Notes under the pieces: generated by a model | Told to the model about the DNA's origin: nothing | What the model saw: only the letters and a program-made list of their open reading frames with translations | Databases searched by the model: none | Program-made: the position numbers and the translations under genes | Shown: positions 20,201-29,548 of the stretch, one piece after another | Position numbering within the stretch: position 1 is the first letter of the stretch | How the letters are laid out: each line of letters starts with the position of its first letter | From: a virus | Lineage: Duplodnaviria > Caudoviricetes | Direction: 5' to 3' (one strand) | DNA length: 64,000 nt | Virus record (IMG/VR): IMGVR_UViG_3300028591_000012 | Coordinates: 1-64,000 of that record

Positions 20201-21869
20201 ATATATCAATTTGTTCCAAGATACATATAAGACTGGTGAAACCAATGGAAAGAAATCTACTTGGATAAGTTCAAAATGGCTTGAACAGAATGAAGAATTT
20301 CTTTCTGAAGATGAAATTGGTGTAAATGCTTTTGGTGAAAGGCTTATTGATGAAGCAGGAAGACAGATTGCAAAAGTTGTAAACGGTAAAGCTTATTACA
20401 CTTATGATGAAAAAACAAAAACTGGTGAGGAAGCAACAGGACAGCTTTATATTACAGGAAATATCTATGAACTTCTTGATAAATACCTTAAAAATATAGA
20501 CAAACAGCTTGCTGAAGCAAACAAGATTGAAGCAAAAAGTGCAATTCTTGAAACCGAAAGAAACCGCGCATTAGAAGGTAATGCCCTTACCTATCTCAAA
20601 CTCTCAAACTTCTCAAACAGAGACTTCATAGATAGAAACTCTGAAAGTATTATGAGCCTTTATCAGACTAGAGCTGAAAGTTACCTTAAAAACACAAATA
20701 CATACGGTGGAGATTACCAGAAATTCACAGATGCAGTTGCTGCAGGAGAAGATTATGCTGTAGAGCTTATGCACTATTTTTTAAGTGGTGTATACAGTGA
20801 AATAATGCACTTTGATAATCCAGAACAGTTGAAAGCTTTTGCTGCACAGGCTGAAAAAAACAGGTTAGGTTCAGAAGAGCTTTCTATGAAAGACCGTTAC
20901 GACCAGATGATAAACAAACAGTCTCATTATGGTCTTGGAGCTAATAACGGTTATATTACAAAGAGTATTCTCAGCGATTTAGACTGGGATAAAGATACAG
21001 ACCTTTCTACTCTCGGAGATAACCTAGAAGAGATACAGAAGAACTTTAGTGTTGAATGGCTTACACAGCAGTTTGATAAGCTTGGTGAAAGCATTGAGAA
21101 TGTTCTTGTTGATTCTGCAAAACTTGCTTATATTTCACCTTTTGAAAAACTTGGTGAAGATGTACTTGATATTTCAACTGGAATAAAAACTTGGGAAGAT
21201 TATGCAGATGATTTGGGTTCATCAGTAAGAAGTATTGCAGGAGACCTTACAAAACAGACAGGTCAGCTTATTCAGCAGGCAGGTTTCTCAATTGTTACTG
21301 CTTCCGCTATGGAACATAACTGGGGCGGAGTTGCTGCCGGTCTTTTGATTGCGGCGGCTGGTGGTTTTGCAAGTGGTATCGGTAACTGGATTGGAAACAA
21401 AAACAGCAGTAAAGAAGACGATGATAAAACACAGAAAATGCAGTCTCTTACAGACCAGCTTAAAGAACTTCTTGCACAGGCAAGAGCTGACGCACTTTAT
21501 TACGAAAAGAACTTGAGGCATAAGACAGCTTTAGGATTGAACGAACAGTTCTCTTATAAGTCTGTAAACGACGCAATCATTACTAAGAAAGGTGATGTTA
21601 TTGAGACTTCTCCAGAAGATTATCTTATAGCTACAAAAACACCACAGGTTCTTGGTAATAACACTGTAGTACAGCCTAACATTAACTTTAATGTAATAGA
21701 TAATGTTGGAGTTCAGGTTAGACAGGAAAAGAGAACAAATCCAGATGGAAGCATTGATATTGTTGCAGTTATTGAAAATGCTGTTGGTGAATACATTGCT
21801 TCTTCAAAGAGTGACGATGCCTTTAATGCCAGGGAATACAGACTAAACGGTAGAACAGCTATTATGTAA
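17253..21869 (+). CDS. Tape measure protein
   Basis: 1538 aa helical protein; tape-measure domain (A.KSPF......L...G......L..IGD.AGG). Confidence 0.9.
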   Translation: MPPTQVEEAELRLKATQTISELNKLTTATNAFSVQLTDVLDKLDKISKQSLGKTVDYFGTVNNTNNSRNYKFGASKNLTNYAVGDIVYQTKTGSKSKQDKDARDAVIASLKKEADLKDALIAKEKELAAAVAERNKIQQQNANTAAAIAVERKRSNDIRQYKVDHPELFGPGSQNRNWRYQTGRGFETVGNYASSMGTAGRIAGDVLSSAGALIKAPALGVTTIFAKLAQGMTDFAKSATQAYAEIESIKTQLGVVFSSQSQADSMFGEISQYAVKSPFSVQQTSEMAVLLKQSGVYASDLMKTLRMIGDTAGGNMEKMKRIANNYAQIVSIGKASMLDMRQFAYAGIPIFEAVSKELNVSQQELRKLISDGKVTSDIIEKVFKDLTGINGIFENATEKGAKTIKARLQNLGDIKQIAMGSWGDRIVNAGTTYGKDSTFLNLLTKAEDFFTWIKEHADVKNIERDVKAIKDNRNEQSLLNDLIEQAKENNDKELAKVLEKRLKELKNTFDVDERRSYNANAYDIYNKKYNEYREKYKDLDESKLKGYISEYNSKIQSLTDRLNEYYFNYQNFLQNNPINQDMSEEERNKITKELDFAAETYHRNKQYIDEQILAYQSIIKDLYEYDKAIKLHKKTTDEMTQADKERSLEREQQARFDNARKNADREGTYANAAEKLYSLYRDSEEYKKEQEEKQNKLLKETQAVLKELSPLNKGGRFDISGLKYSEIVKYTQGDTAVLTPSRKLDLIEGKSASQKLEDRKILEEQWKSVSEKIAEELTAKGLKNTANKILAEAEKTLNVKNIDKFYKEFGKSFEAQVKTLEGLSNADEIINVLFSSTWLHELMDKGVLATVGSDGKNGIDQSFQALYKRILASNLGIPATAITGTNSALKFYNGNIASRNMTGNVLGTAVSNGMSIAEATKMISSTGVMAKLRDDLSKGVQTSTYQIDWEQVSKNIKDFSLQIKTSTEVVKSYKKSLEDQRNTYINLFQDTYKTGETNGKKSTWISSKWLEQNEEFLSEDEIGVNAFGERLIDEAGRQIAKVVNGKAYYTYDEKTKTGEEATGQLYITGNIYELLDKYLKNIDKQLAEANKIEAKSAILETERNRALEGNALTYLKLSNFSNRDFIDRNSESIMSLYQTRAESYLKNTNTYGGDYQKFTDAVAAGEDYAVELMHYFLSGVYSEIMHFDNPEQLKAFAAQAEKNRLGSEELSMKDRYDQMINKQSHYGLGANNGYITKSILSDLDWDKDTDLSTLGDNLEEIQKNFSVEWLTQQFDKLGESIENVLVDSAKLAYISPFEKLGEDVLDISTGIKTWEDYADDLGSSVRSIAGDLTKQTGQLIQQAGFSIVTASAMEHNWGGVAAGLLIAAAGGFASGIGNWIGNKNSSKEDDDKTQKMQSLTDQLKELLAQARADALYYEKNLRHKTALGLNEQFSYKSVNDAIITKKGDVIETSPEDYLIATKTPQVLGNNTVVQPNINFNVIDNVGVQVRQEKRTNPDGSIDIVAVIENAVGEYIASSKSDDAFNAREYRLNGRTAIM

Positions 21870-21898
21870 TTAAGCTCACAATTTTTCTCCCCTATTAT
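21870..21898 (+). promoter_or_regulatory. Promoter TTAAGC-N17-TATTAT, apparently leaderless for 21905
   Basis: 6 nt before ATG; no SD. Confidence 0.65.
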
Positions 21899-21904
21899 AA
21901 TCCT

Positions 21905-22645
21905 ATGATAGAAAACTACATAGGATGGCCTGTTGGCGTAAGTAAAGTAATACTCTCAGAATCCTCAATTACAATGGGTGACGGTGCTACAAACACCGAT
22001 AACTTGGAATCAGGCGGTAAACGTACAGAACTCAAAGGTGGTTACATTCCTGATAAATACAGTGTTGTAATGGAGTTTGAATGGGAAGCCCCTATGGACC
22101 AGTCTGGTAAAACTGAATATCAGGCTTTCTGTGAATGGTACAAATACAAACATAAGTTTGGTTCCGTACCTTTTGTTTTTCCAAAGATAGTTTATTCTCC
22201 GCAGACAGGTATTGAGATTCTTGATAACCCTGATAATGAGCCTGAATATTTTGAATATTACAAGATAACATCTGGTATTTCAAATGCACAGCGTTCTGGC
22301 AGCAAGATGAAGATTTCTATGACTTGGGAAACTGTGTACGGTGGTATTGTTCAATATACAGAACCAGCACTGACAAGTAATGACGTTTCTCTCTCAGCAA
22401 CTTCAAAGTATGTAGATGTAATAATAAGCAACATTCCAAAAGGAACGGCAGCTCCTACAGCTGGTGATTTTTCAATTCAAATAGATGGCGACGACACAAA
22501 CATAACAGCCTCTTATTTTGATGACGCTACAGGAAATATGAGGCTTTGGTACAACGAAGTAACGTCTTCAGGCGAACATACAGTAGATGTGACGGTGGTT
22601 AACTATGCGTCACTTATAAATGTAACAAAATCTGCAACTTTTTGA
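21905..22645 (+). CDS. Distal tail protein (Dit-like)
   Basis: First gene after TMP; WP...ESGGKR...F.EWY..K.GSVPF.FP. Confidence 0.6.
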   Translation: MIENYIGWPVGVSKVILSESSITMGDGATNTDNLESGGKRTELKGGYIPDKYSVVMEFEWEAPMDQSGKTEYQAFCEWYKYKHKFGSVPFVFPKIVYSPQTGIEILDNPDNEPEYFEYYKITSGISNAQRSGSKMKISMTWETVYGGIVQYTEPALTSNDVSLSATSKYVDVIISNIPKGTAAPTAGDFSIQIDGDDTNITASYFDDATGNMRLWYNEVTSSGEHTVDVTVVNYASLINVTKSATF

Positions 22646-22653
22646 GGTGTAAT

Positions 22654-23226
22654 ATGACGCATATAGACGTAGTAACACAGGAAGATTTGTGGAAAGAAAA
22701 TATAGACGGATATTTCCCTTTTCTTTTGGATATTTACAATCCTGACATTAAATGGTCTGAAGAAGAAAAAACTGCATACGACCAGAAAGACTGTCATTTA
22801 AGACTTATATGTGATGAGTGCCGCGTTAAGTATAACGAAGATACTTACCTGCCCTGCGCTTTTAATTTTTCTATGCCTGAGACTGACGGACAAAAAATCG
22901 GTAATGCTTCCCTTTCTATTTCTGCTCTTGATTACAGGATAAGACTTATGCTCTCAAGTATCAGAATACCTTGTGAAGTTACTGTAGTTGCTATGTTTGC
23001 CAAGACAAAGAAAGTAAAAGTTGTAAATGGTAAAGAAGTTCCTGATGAAAACGGAACATTCATATTCTCATATAAAAAAATGGAATCCTTTACATTCAAA
23101 ATGGAAACGGCTGAAGCAAATAAAACTACTGCTAAGTTTATTCTTATTCCTCGCAATTCATTACAGGGTGATATTCCTTATGACATTGCAACGCCGGAGA
23201 GAGTTCCGGCAACGAGCGGCAGATGA
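22654..23226 (+). CDS. Minor tail / hub protein (DUF1833-like)
   Basis: Y.PCAF.F..P......A.LSI..D pattern; lambda-like gene order. Confidence 0.55.
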   Translation: MTHIDVVTQEDLWKENIDGYFPFLLDIYNPDIKWSEEEKTAYDQKDCHLRLICDECRVKYNEDTYLPCAFNFSMPETDGQKIGNASLSISALDYRIRLMLSSIRIPCEVTVVAMFAKTKKVKVVNGKEVPDENGTFIFSYKKMESFTFKMETAEANKTTAKFILIPRNSLQGDIPYDIATPERVPATSGR

Positions 23227-23612
23227 TAGAAATAGACGACCTCTTGGGTATTCCGTACAAAATACACGGAAGAGATTTAAGTGGCTTTGATTGTTACGGA
23301 CTTGTAATTGAGGTTGAAAGAAGATTTGGTCACGAGATGATTGATTACTACGGAGAGTATACAAACAGTGACTGTGTAAAGGTCCTTGATAGAAACTGTA
23401 ATGATTTTATCAGGGATATGAACCTAATTGAAACTGACAGCCCTTCTTTGGGCGACATCATAGTATTTCTGAATGATAACGGTGAAAGCGTACACGTTGC
23501 TGTTTATTTGAAGCGAGATGATTTTATACATTGTGATGGTGACGGAGTAAGCATTGGAAACCTTAACAGATATTTCAGAAATAAATGGAAGGTGTACAGA
23601 TGGCAGAAATAA
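23223..23612 (+). CDS. NlpC/P60 tail-tip protein (gpK-like)
   Basis: LGIPY..GR...GFDCYGLV...HVAVYL...FIH. Confidence 0.85.
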   Translation: MIEIDDLLGIPYKIHGRDLSGFDCYGLVIEVERRFGHEMIDYYGEYTNSDCVKVLDRNCNDFIRDMNLIETDSPSLGDIIVFLNDNGESVHVAVYLKRDDFIHCDGDGVSIGNLNRYFRNKWKVYRWQK

Positions 23613-26600
23613 GATATTTCAGAAACCCTTTTGGTGAAGACTTTGAAACAAAAGAATATGACTTCTCAAAATCACTTGTTGAAAACATAGATGGATTCAA
23701 GACAAATGTTACCGAAATGGTTGAGTGCTATGACACTGAAACTGGAGAAACTTATTTCGTACCTCTTGAAGATGATGAAGAACACGTAATTGTAACTGTA
23801 AATGGAAAAAGCGTTGATGAAAATTATGAAGTACAGAGTAATGATGTACTTGTAGTTGTATATATTCCTCTTAACAGCGATGTTGGAAGAGGCGGAAATA
23901 TTGGGCTAGGAGCTATAGTCGGTGCTCTACTTGGTTTAGTTGCGGTAGCGATTTTAAATCCTTTTGCAGGCTCTGCTTTGTTTGCTCTTAGTTGGGGATG
24001 GTATGCTGCTGGTGCTTTGGTAGGCGGATTGTTAGGTGCTGCTGTCGGAGCCGGTGTTTACGATAAATTCATTAAAGGACCTGGTTCATCTACTACCCTT
24101 GAAGATAAAACAGGTGAACAGCGGCCTGATGTAAGAGGTGCTGAAAACGAAAGTCTTGCAGGCAATCCTTATCCATTTATTATGGGTAGACATCTTATAG
24201 CTCCAAGAATTGCAGGAGACCCTTATACAGAATACAGCGGTTCTAAAGGTGAAAATGCTTATGTAAGAGTTTTATATAATGCAGGATACGCTCCTGTGAA
24301 ACTTACAGATTTTAAGCTTGGAGAAATATTCCTAGCTTATAACAGAACTCAGGGAAGTTACAATGACACACCAACAGGTGCTGCAGAAGGGACCAGACCT
24401 GTAATGCTTAATGGTATTCTTCACGGTCACTCAAAGTCAGGTGATGATGCTGATACAGGAGATATTGTTGACTACTGGCAGGCTAATGATATAAGTATAG
24501 AGCTTATTCAGCAGAATCCAAATAAACCTACAAATTACGGAACTATCTATCCGAATAAGGCTGTAGAACAGGAAATAAATGCTACACCTTTATTTGTCTG
24601 TGATGAGCTTTTAAGTCAGACAGCTCAGGTTGTTTACAAGGGAGCTTCATTCCCTCAAAACTTCAGAAATAACGGAGTTTACTTTACAGATGCCTGTCCG
24701 ATGAAGTTCACCATCAATCTTAATGCACAAAGCGGACTTTATGCTTCAAGAAGTATGACTGATAAAAATAAAGACGGCGATACTGTAAATTCAACAGAAT
24801 ATAGCTCTATTCCTCTTTGGTACTGTATTCAGTGGAGACCTTATAATAAGAATAACCCATCAAGTGATTCAAATGGTAATGATTGTGGCAGCTGGAAAAA
24901 TATAACTGTATGGAATGATATTGATAAACAGGATGTTTATGATTCTACAGAAATGGGAAGAGATAAAACTGCACACGCCGGAAATGAAATTAACTATAAA
25001 GATGTTTTATGGAAAGATAAAAAACCAATAAATAATTTGGAAGATTTAAAGAATTACTGGACTACAGTAGTTAAAATTAAAAGTGATATAAAACTTACAC
25101 AAGTACAAGGTTTTTATGTTCTTACAATTGGTCAAAATTTTATAGCGAAATTACCTTATCAAAATGATTTTTATTTTGGAAAACTAAACCAAACTGACAC
25201 AAGAACAGATGGTAGTGATTATAACGCAGCTTATGATACTGTCAATAAAATACTTTATATAGACGCTTATAATGATATATCAAGTACAGATACTCTGTGT
25301 GCAGAATGGATAGACGGATTTGAATATTTTAGTACAGATGAAAATACTAAGTCGTTCACACTTTATAAACAGGGAGAATCACGTGTATTTAATGATGTAA
25401 AGCAAGTAGTTGTAGCTAAAAGATATTTTTTCGGTTCTCAGACTACAAAACAAAGTATAAGTGGAGCGTGGGTAGACAGAACTCTTACTAATTTTAAGGA
25501 TTTCTCAGGAGAGAATTTCAAAGGACAGACAAGATTAAGAGCCACCGTAGACCTTACACAAGTTGAAGGATTTGATTTCAGTCAGCTTATGAATCCTGAC
25601 AATACTACAAAGTCTATTGAAATAAGAGTATTAAGGGTGTCTGCAAGTTATCTTAATGAAGAACAGTCTACTACCAAGAAAGATGATGTTTATCCTAAAT
25701 ACGGAGCTTATTCATATTCAGATGTAATTACTGTAGATACAATCGTTACGGAACCGTTTGATGAAGGCTGGTATCGTGAACATAACGAAATAATTCCTCA
25801 GAAAGTTCAGTCAGAAAGTGATATGAAAAAGTTTGCCTATATTGCAATCAAAGCAAAGGCAGATGTAACAAACATTCAGTCTCAATTAAAGAAACTTACC
25901 TGTATGGCTGAATCATTCTCTCCTGTTTGGGATATGGCAGAAAAGAAATGGCTTCCTGAAGGTGTAGAAAGAATAAAGAATTATTATGCCTATGTAGAAA
26001 TATCAGACACTCCTACAACTAGTCCTGTCTGGTCCAATATTTACTTTAAGGAAACTGACGGAATATATGAACGTGTTTATTATGACACTTATGTAAGTGG
26101 TACAGAAGTATATGAAGTTGAATATAAAAATAGAGGTGAAGACAACTCTGAAGAAGTAACTGTTACTCAATCAACCTATGAAGATGGCCGTGGTGAAGGC
26201 TTTGACTGGTATTGTGAAGAAGCCGGTTCTAACTTTGGAGACTTGATTAAACAGGAAGTTTTCCCTTCTGATGATTCAAGGCGTGATACTCATAACGGTG
26301 TTGCTCGCGATTATATGCTGGAAACTGACGATGCAGCTAAGTTTAATGATTCTACTTCCGCTTCTTCATTTATGCTTGCCTGTGTAGGACAACAGGATGG
26401 AAGATGGGCTGACGGTTACAAAGACATAAACTTACTTTCTGTAGGTGAATGGTGGGAAGACTGTCAGGCTGTAGAAGACGGCTCAACTTATGATTATAAC
26501 GATGGCGTTCATAAAACTGGTGACACAGTAGTTGTAAAATATGAAGCCAACGGATATATAACTGCAAGTCAGAAGAAAGAATCATTACTTAAGGATATTG

Positions 26601-29536
26601 CAGCTACAGGACGTTCTGTATTTACTTATGATGAAGCAGGCAGAATTAAAGTTGTAATGGATAAGCCTGTTGATTATGCAGAAGGTGTAATCAACTCTCA
26701 GAACTGCATAGAAGAAAGTCACGCTTACAGCTTCGCAGATATTCCTCCTGGACTTCGTATAGCTTACTCTGATGAGAATGACGGATACGAACAAGGCTCT
26801 ATGTACTGTTGGGCTGATGGTTATAATCTTTCAAATTACAGAGGAACTGTAGAAGCCTGTTCTTTGAAGTATGTTACAAATCCTTATCACGCACATAATC
26901 TTGGAAGATATATTCTTGCCTGTAGAGTTATGAAGAAACAGGTTATGACTGCAAAAGTAGGACGTGAAGGAAGACTATTCCCTCTTGGTGCAGTTGTACT
27001 TGTACAGAGTGATGAAATACTTTTAGGTGAAGGTTCAGCTCGTATTCAGGAAGTTTTAACTAAAGAAGAAGACGGTCAGACGGTAGTATGTGGAATTGTT
27101 ACTGATAATGTATTTAATTTTAAGAATGAAGAGAAAAACGGACATTCAACTAAGGGTGTTCAGATATTGCAGCCTAAGCAGTTTGGAAAATCAAAGGTTG
27201 TTACTCTGAGACTTAAAAGAGATGGTGATACAGAAACTATAGACGGTGTTACATATACTCAGAAAAGTGGTGCCGTAAACTTATTCTTATTTGATAGTGG
27301 CGAGGAAAATGTCGTATACGATTTTAAGACTGGCGACATTGTTATGCTTGGAACAATTGATAAGATTTCTCAGAAGTTCAGAGTTATTAAGGTAAAACCT
27401 GAAGAAAAAGGTTCATTTACAATGACCTTAAATCTTTATGATGAAGCCTTATATAACTACGGAGCAAAACTACCTGTATTTAAGGTAAACACCACAAGAC
27501 CACCTGTAATAGATACTATGCCTGCCCTCTCTGAAGTTGCATCTACAGTTGATGAGCAGGAAAGAATTGTAAACAAGGCAATTACTCTTACTGTAAATGA
27601 CACTCCTGATGTATTTGATATTGATACAGATATAAAGGAAATTACAGTTACAACAGACAGAGATGCAAGAGCTGTAACGGATCAGCAGAGTACTGTAACA
27701 ATTCACTGTATAATCAATAATACAGATGTATATTTCCTTATCGCTGAACCTACAATTGGCAATGACCCTATCATTGATAAAGGCTGGAGATATACAGTAG
27801 ACCCTGCTACAAAAAAGATAACTTTTATAATTCCAAAAGGAACAATTGTAGGTAAAGGAACAATTAACATACCTATTTATTATGGCATTACACAACAGAC
27901 AGTTATTTATTGGGATGAAAACTTTGAACAATATACAGACGGCACTACCACATATAGCAACCTTCCATTAGAAAATTACACTCTCAAAACACTTTATGTA
28001 ACTTATGCAGGTGTTGAAGGTGGAATGGCTCTTGGTCCTATAAGCTCTATTAGCGGTATACCAACTGAAGTAAATATAAACGACTATTTTGTATGGAGTG
28101 GAGATAACGCAACTCAGTCAGCATTAGTTGTAGGCGGTTATTTATATACAGCAAGACTTTACAGATATAATGGAAACTCTGAAAATCCTAAGTGGGAAAC
28201 AGACGAGGATATCTCTCATAACTCCGCACAGTTAGGTGAAATCATTAAGGCAGCAAACGTAGTTTTAACTTCTGAACAGTTGCAGGATAATAACATACAG
28301 GCTTGGACCTTTATCAAGAATCTTGCAGTAAGCAATCTTTTCGTTGATTTTATGGTAGCTAATACAGCTGTAATACAGTCTCTTTCTACAGGGGTAATTA
28401 CTACAGGCTCTCTTATAACTGAATCAGCTGCCAAAACTTATTCAGATGAAGAAGTAGCTAGTTCTCAGGATAATTTAGCACAGAAACTTGGTTATGCAAA
28501 TTATGCTGATATGGTTTCAAAATCTGCTCAAGTTGGAACTGTAGTAACTAATGATGGATTTTTAAGAACTAATCTTATAGATACTGACGATTTATTTGCA
28601 AAGAATATTAAACTTAAACAAGATGGTTCTATCAGTAGTGATAATTATGTATTAGTAAGGGATGATGCGGAAAAGATTATAAGCATTGAATATCATTGTC
28701 TTACAGTTGCTGCATATTCAATAACAAATGATATTACATTTAGTACATTTACAGAAGCACAGACTTATTATAACAATCATTCAGAAATAGATGCTTATGG
28801 AATAAAAGTTGTTACAGACAAAGACAATACTTATTATGTAGATAATTATACAAATATGACTATCTTTAGAATTCTTTACAGTTATTTTAATAAAGACGAT
28901 GGCTCGGATATTACAAGTTATTCTTCTTTCGGATTAGAAGATTTAGATTTAAATACAAATAAATACGTATGTTTTTTAACAAGCGGTACAGCTTGGTTAG
29001 AAAGAGATACTAGTAAACAAATAATTCTTCACGAAGTAAAAGAAGAAGGTTTTTTTCTTCCTAGCAATGGAAATGCAAGATTTATAAATGCAACAATTGA
29101 AGCCGCAGACTTTAAACTTAATGTAGAAGCAGGAAACGTAGAACAACTTACATTACCAATTAGTAAACCTGATACAGCACAAACACAGTTTGATTATGAA
29201 TTCAAACCAATGGGTACTGGTAGCTTTAGAATAAAGTTTAACTATACAATTCAAGAACATATATCAGAAAGTGTTGGTAATGACCTTTTGATTTATATAA
29301 ACGGAGTTATATGTGAATTTGAAGATACTACTCCAGGTACATATACATATACACAGGATATTACTTTTAATGCAGGAGATGTTATAAAAATATCTGTTTA
29401 TTACGCTTACGACAGATTAGTTCTTGACCCTACTATAATAAATTCTGCAAAAGTATTTTTGGCAACAGATTCAACTATGTTCAAAACAATGTCTAATTGT
29501 GCTTTGGTAAGTTATTGGACCAGTGGTCATAGATAA
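23600..29536 (+). CDS. Central tail tip / host-specificity protein (gpI+gpJ-like)
   Basis: Hydrophobic gpI-like N-terminus; GAEN....PYP.IMGRH; very large; position. Confidence 0.75.
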   Translation: MAEIRYFRNPFGEDFETKEYDFSKSLVENIDGFKTNVTEMVECYDTETGETYFVPLEDDEEHVIVTVNGKSVDENYEVQSNDVLVVVYIPLNSDVGRGGNIGLGAIVGALLGLVAVAILNPFAGSALFALSWGWYAAGALVGGLLGAAVGAGVYDKFIKGPGSSTTLEDKTGEQRPDVRGAENESLAGNPYPFIMGRHLIAPRIAGDPYTEYSGSKGENAYVRVLYNAGYAPVKLTDFKLGEIFLAYNRTQGSYNDTPTGAAEGTRPVMLNGILHGHSKSGDDADTGDIVDYWQANDISIELIQQNPNKPTNYGTIYPNKAVEQEINATPLFVCDELLSQTAQVVYKGASFPQNFRNNGVYFTDACPMKFTINLNAQSGLYASRSMTDKNKDGDTVNSTEYSSIPLWYCIQWRPYNKNNPSSDSNGNDCGSWKNITVWNDIDKQDVYDSTEMGRDKTAHAGNEINYKDVLWKDKKPINNLEDLKNYWTTVVKIKSDIKLTQVQGFYVLTIGQNFIAKLPYQNDFYFGKLNQTDTRTDGSDYNAAYDTVNKILYIDAYNDISSTDTLCAEWIDGFEYFSTDENTKSFTLYKQGESRVFNDVKQVVVAKRYFFGSQTTKQSISGAWVDRTLTNFKDFSGENFKGQTRLRATVDLTQVEGFDFSQLMNPDNTTKSIEIRVLRVSASYLNEEQSTTKKDDVYPKYGAYSYSDVITVDTIVTEPFDEGWYREHNEIIPQKVQSESDMKKFAYIAIKAKADVTNIQSQLKKLTCMAESFSPVWDMAEKKWLPEGVERIKNYYAYVEISDTPTTSPVWSNIYFKETDGIYERVYYDTYVSGTEVYEVEYKNRGEDNSEEVTVTQSTYEDGRGEGFDWYCEEAGSNFGDLIKQEVFPSDDSRRDTHNGVARDYMLETDDAAKFNDSTSASSFMLACVGQQDGRWADGYKDINLLSVGEWWEDCQAVEDGSTYDYNDGVHKTGDTVVVKYEANGYITASQKKESLLKDIAATGRSVFTYDEAGRIKVVMDKPVDYAEGVINSQNCIEESHAYSFADIPPGLRIAYSDENDGYEQGSMYCWADGYNLSNYRGTVEACSLKYVTNPYHAHNLGRYILACRVMKKQVMTAKVGREGRLFPLGAVVLVQSDEILLGEGSARIQEVLTKEEDGQTVVCGIVTDNVFNFKNEEKNGHSTKGVQILQPKQFGKSKVVTLRLKRDGDTETIDGVTYTQKSGAVNLFLFDSGEENVVYDFKTGDIVMLGTIDKISQKFRVIKVKPEEKGSFTMTLNLYDEALYNYGAKLPVFKVNTTRPPVIDTMPALSEVASTVDEQERIVNKAITLTVNDTPDVFDIDTDIKEITVTTDRDARAVTDQQSTVTIHCIINNTDVYFLIAEPTIGNDPIIDKGWRYTVDPATKKITFIIPKGTIVGKGTINIPIYYGITQQTVIYWDENFEQYTDGTTTYSNLPLENYTLKTLYVTYAGVEGGMALGPISSISGIPTEVNINDYFVWSGDNATQSALVVGGYLYTARLYRYNGNSENPKWETDEDISHNSAQLGEIIKAANVVLTSEQLQDNNIQAWTFIKNLAVSNLFVDFMVANTAVIQSLSTGVITTGSLITESAAKTYSDEEVASSQDNLAQKLGYANYADMVSKSAQVGTVVTNDGFLRTNLIDTDDLFAKNIKLKQDGSISSDNYVLVRDDAEKIISIEYHCLTVAAYSITNDITFSTFTEAQTYYNNHSEIDAYGIKVVTDKDNTYYVDNYTNMTIFRILYSYFNKDDGSDITSYSSFGLEDLDLNTNKYVCFLTSGTAWLERDTSKQIILHEVKEEGFFLPSNGNARFINATIEAADFKLNVEAGNVEQLTLPISKPDTAQTQFDYEFKPMGTGSFRIKFNYTIQEHISESVGNDLLIYINGVICEFEDTTPGTYTYTQDITFNAGDVIKISVYYAYDRLVLDPTIINSAKVFLATDSTMFKTMSNCALVSYWTSGHR

Positions 29537-29548
29537 AGAGGTGATAAA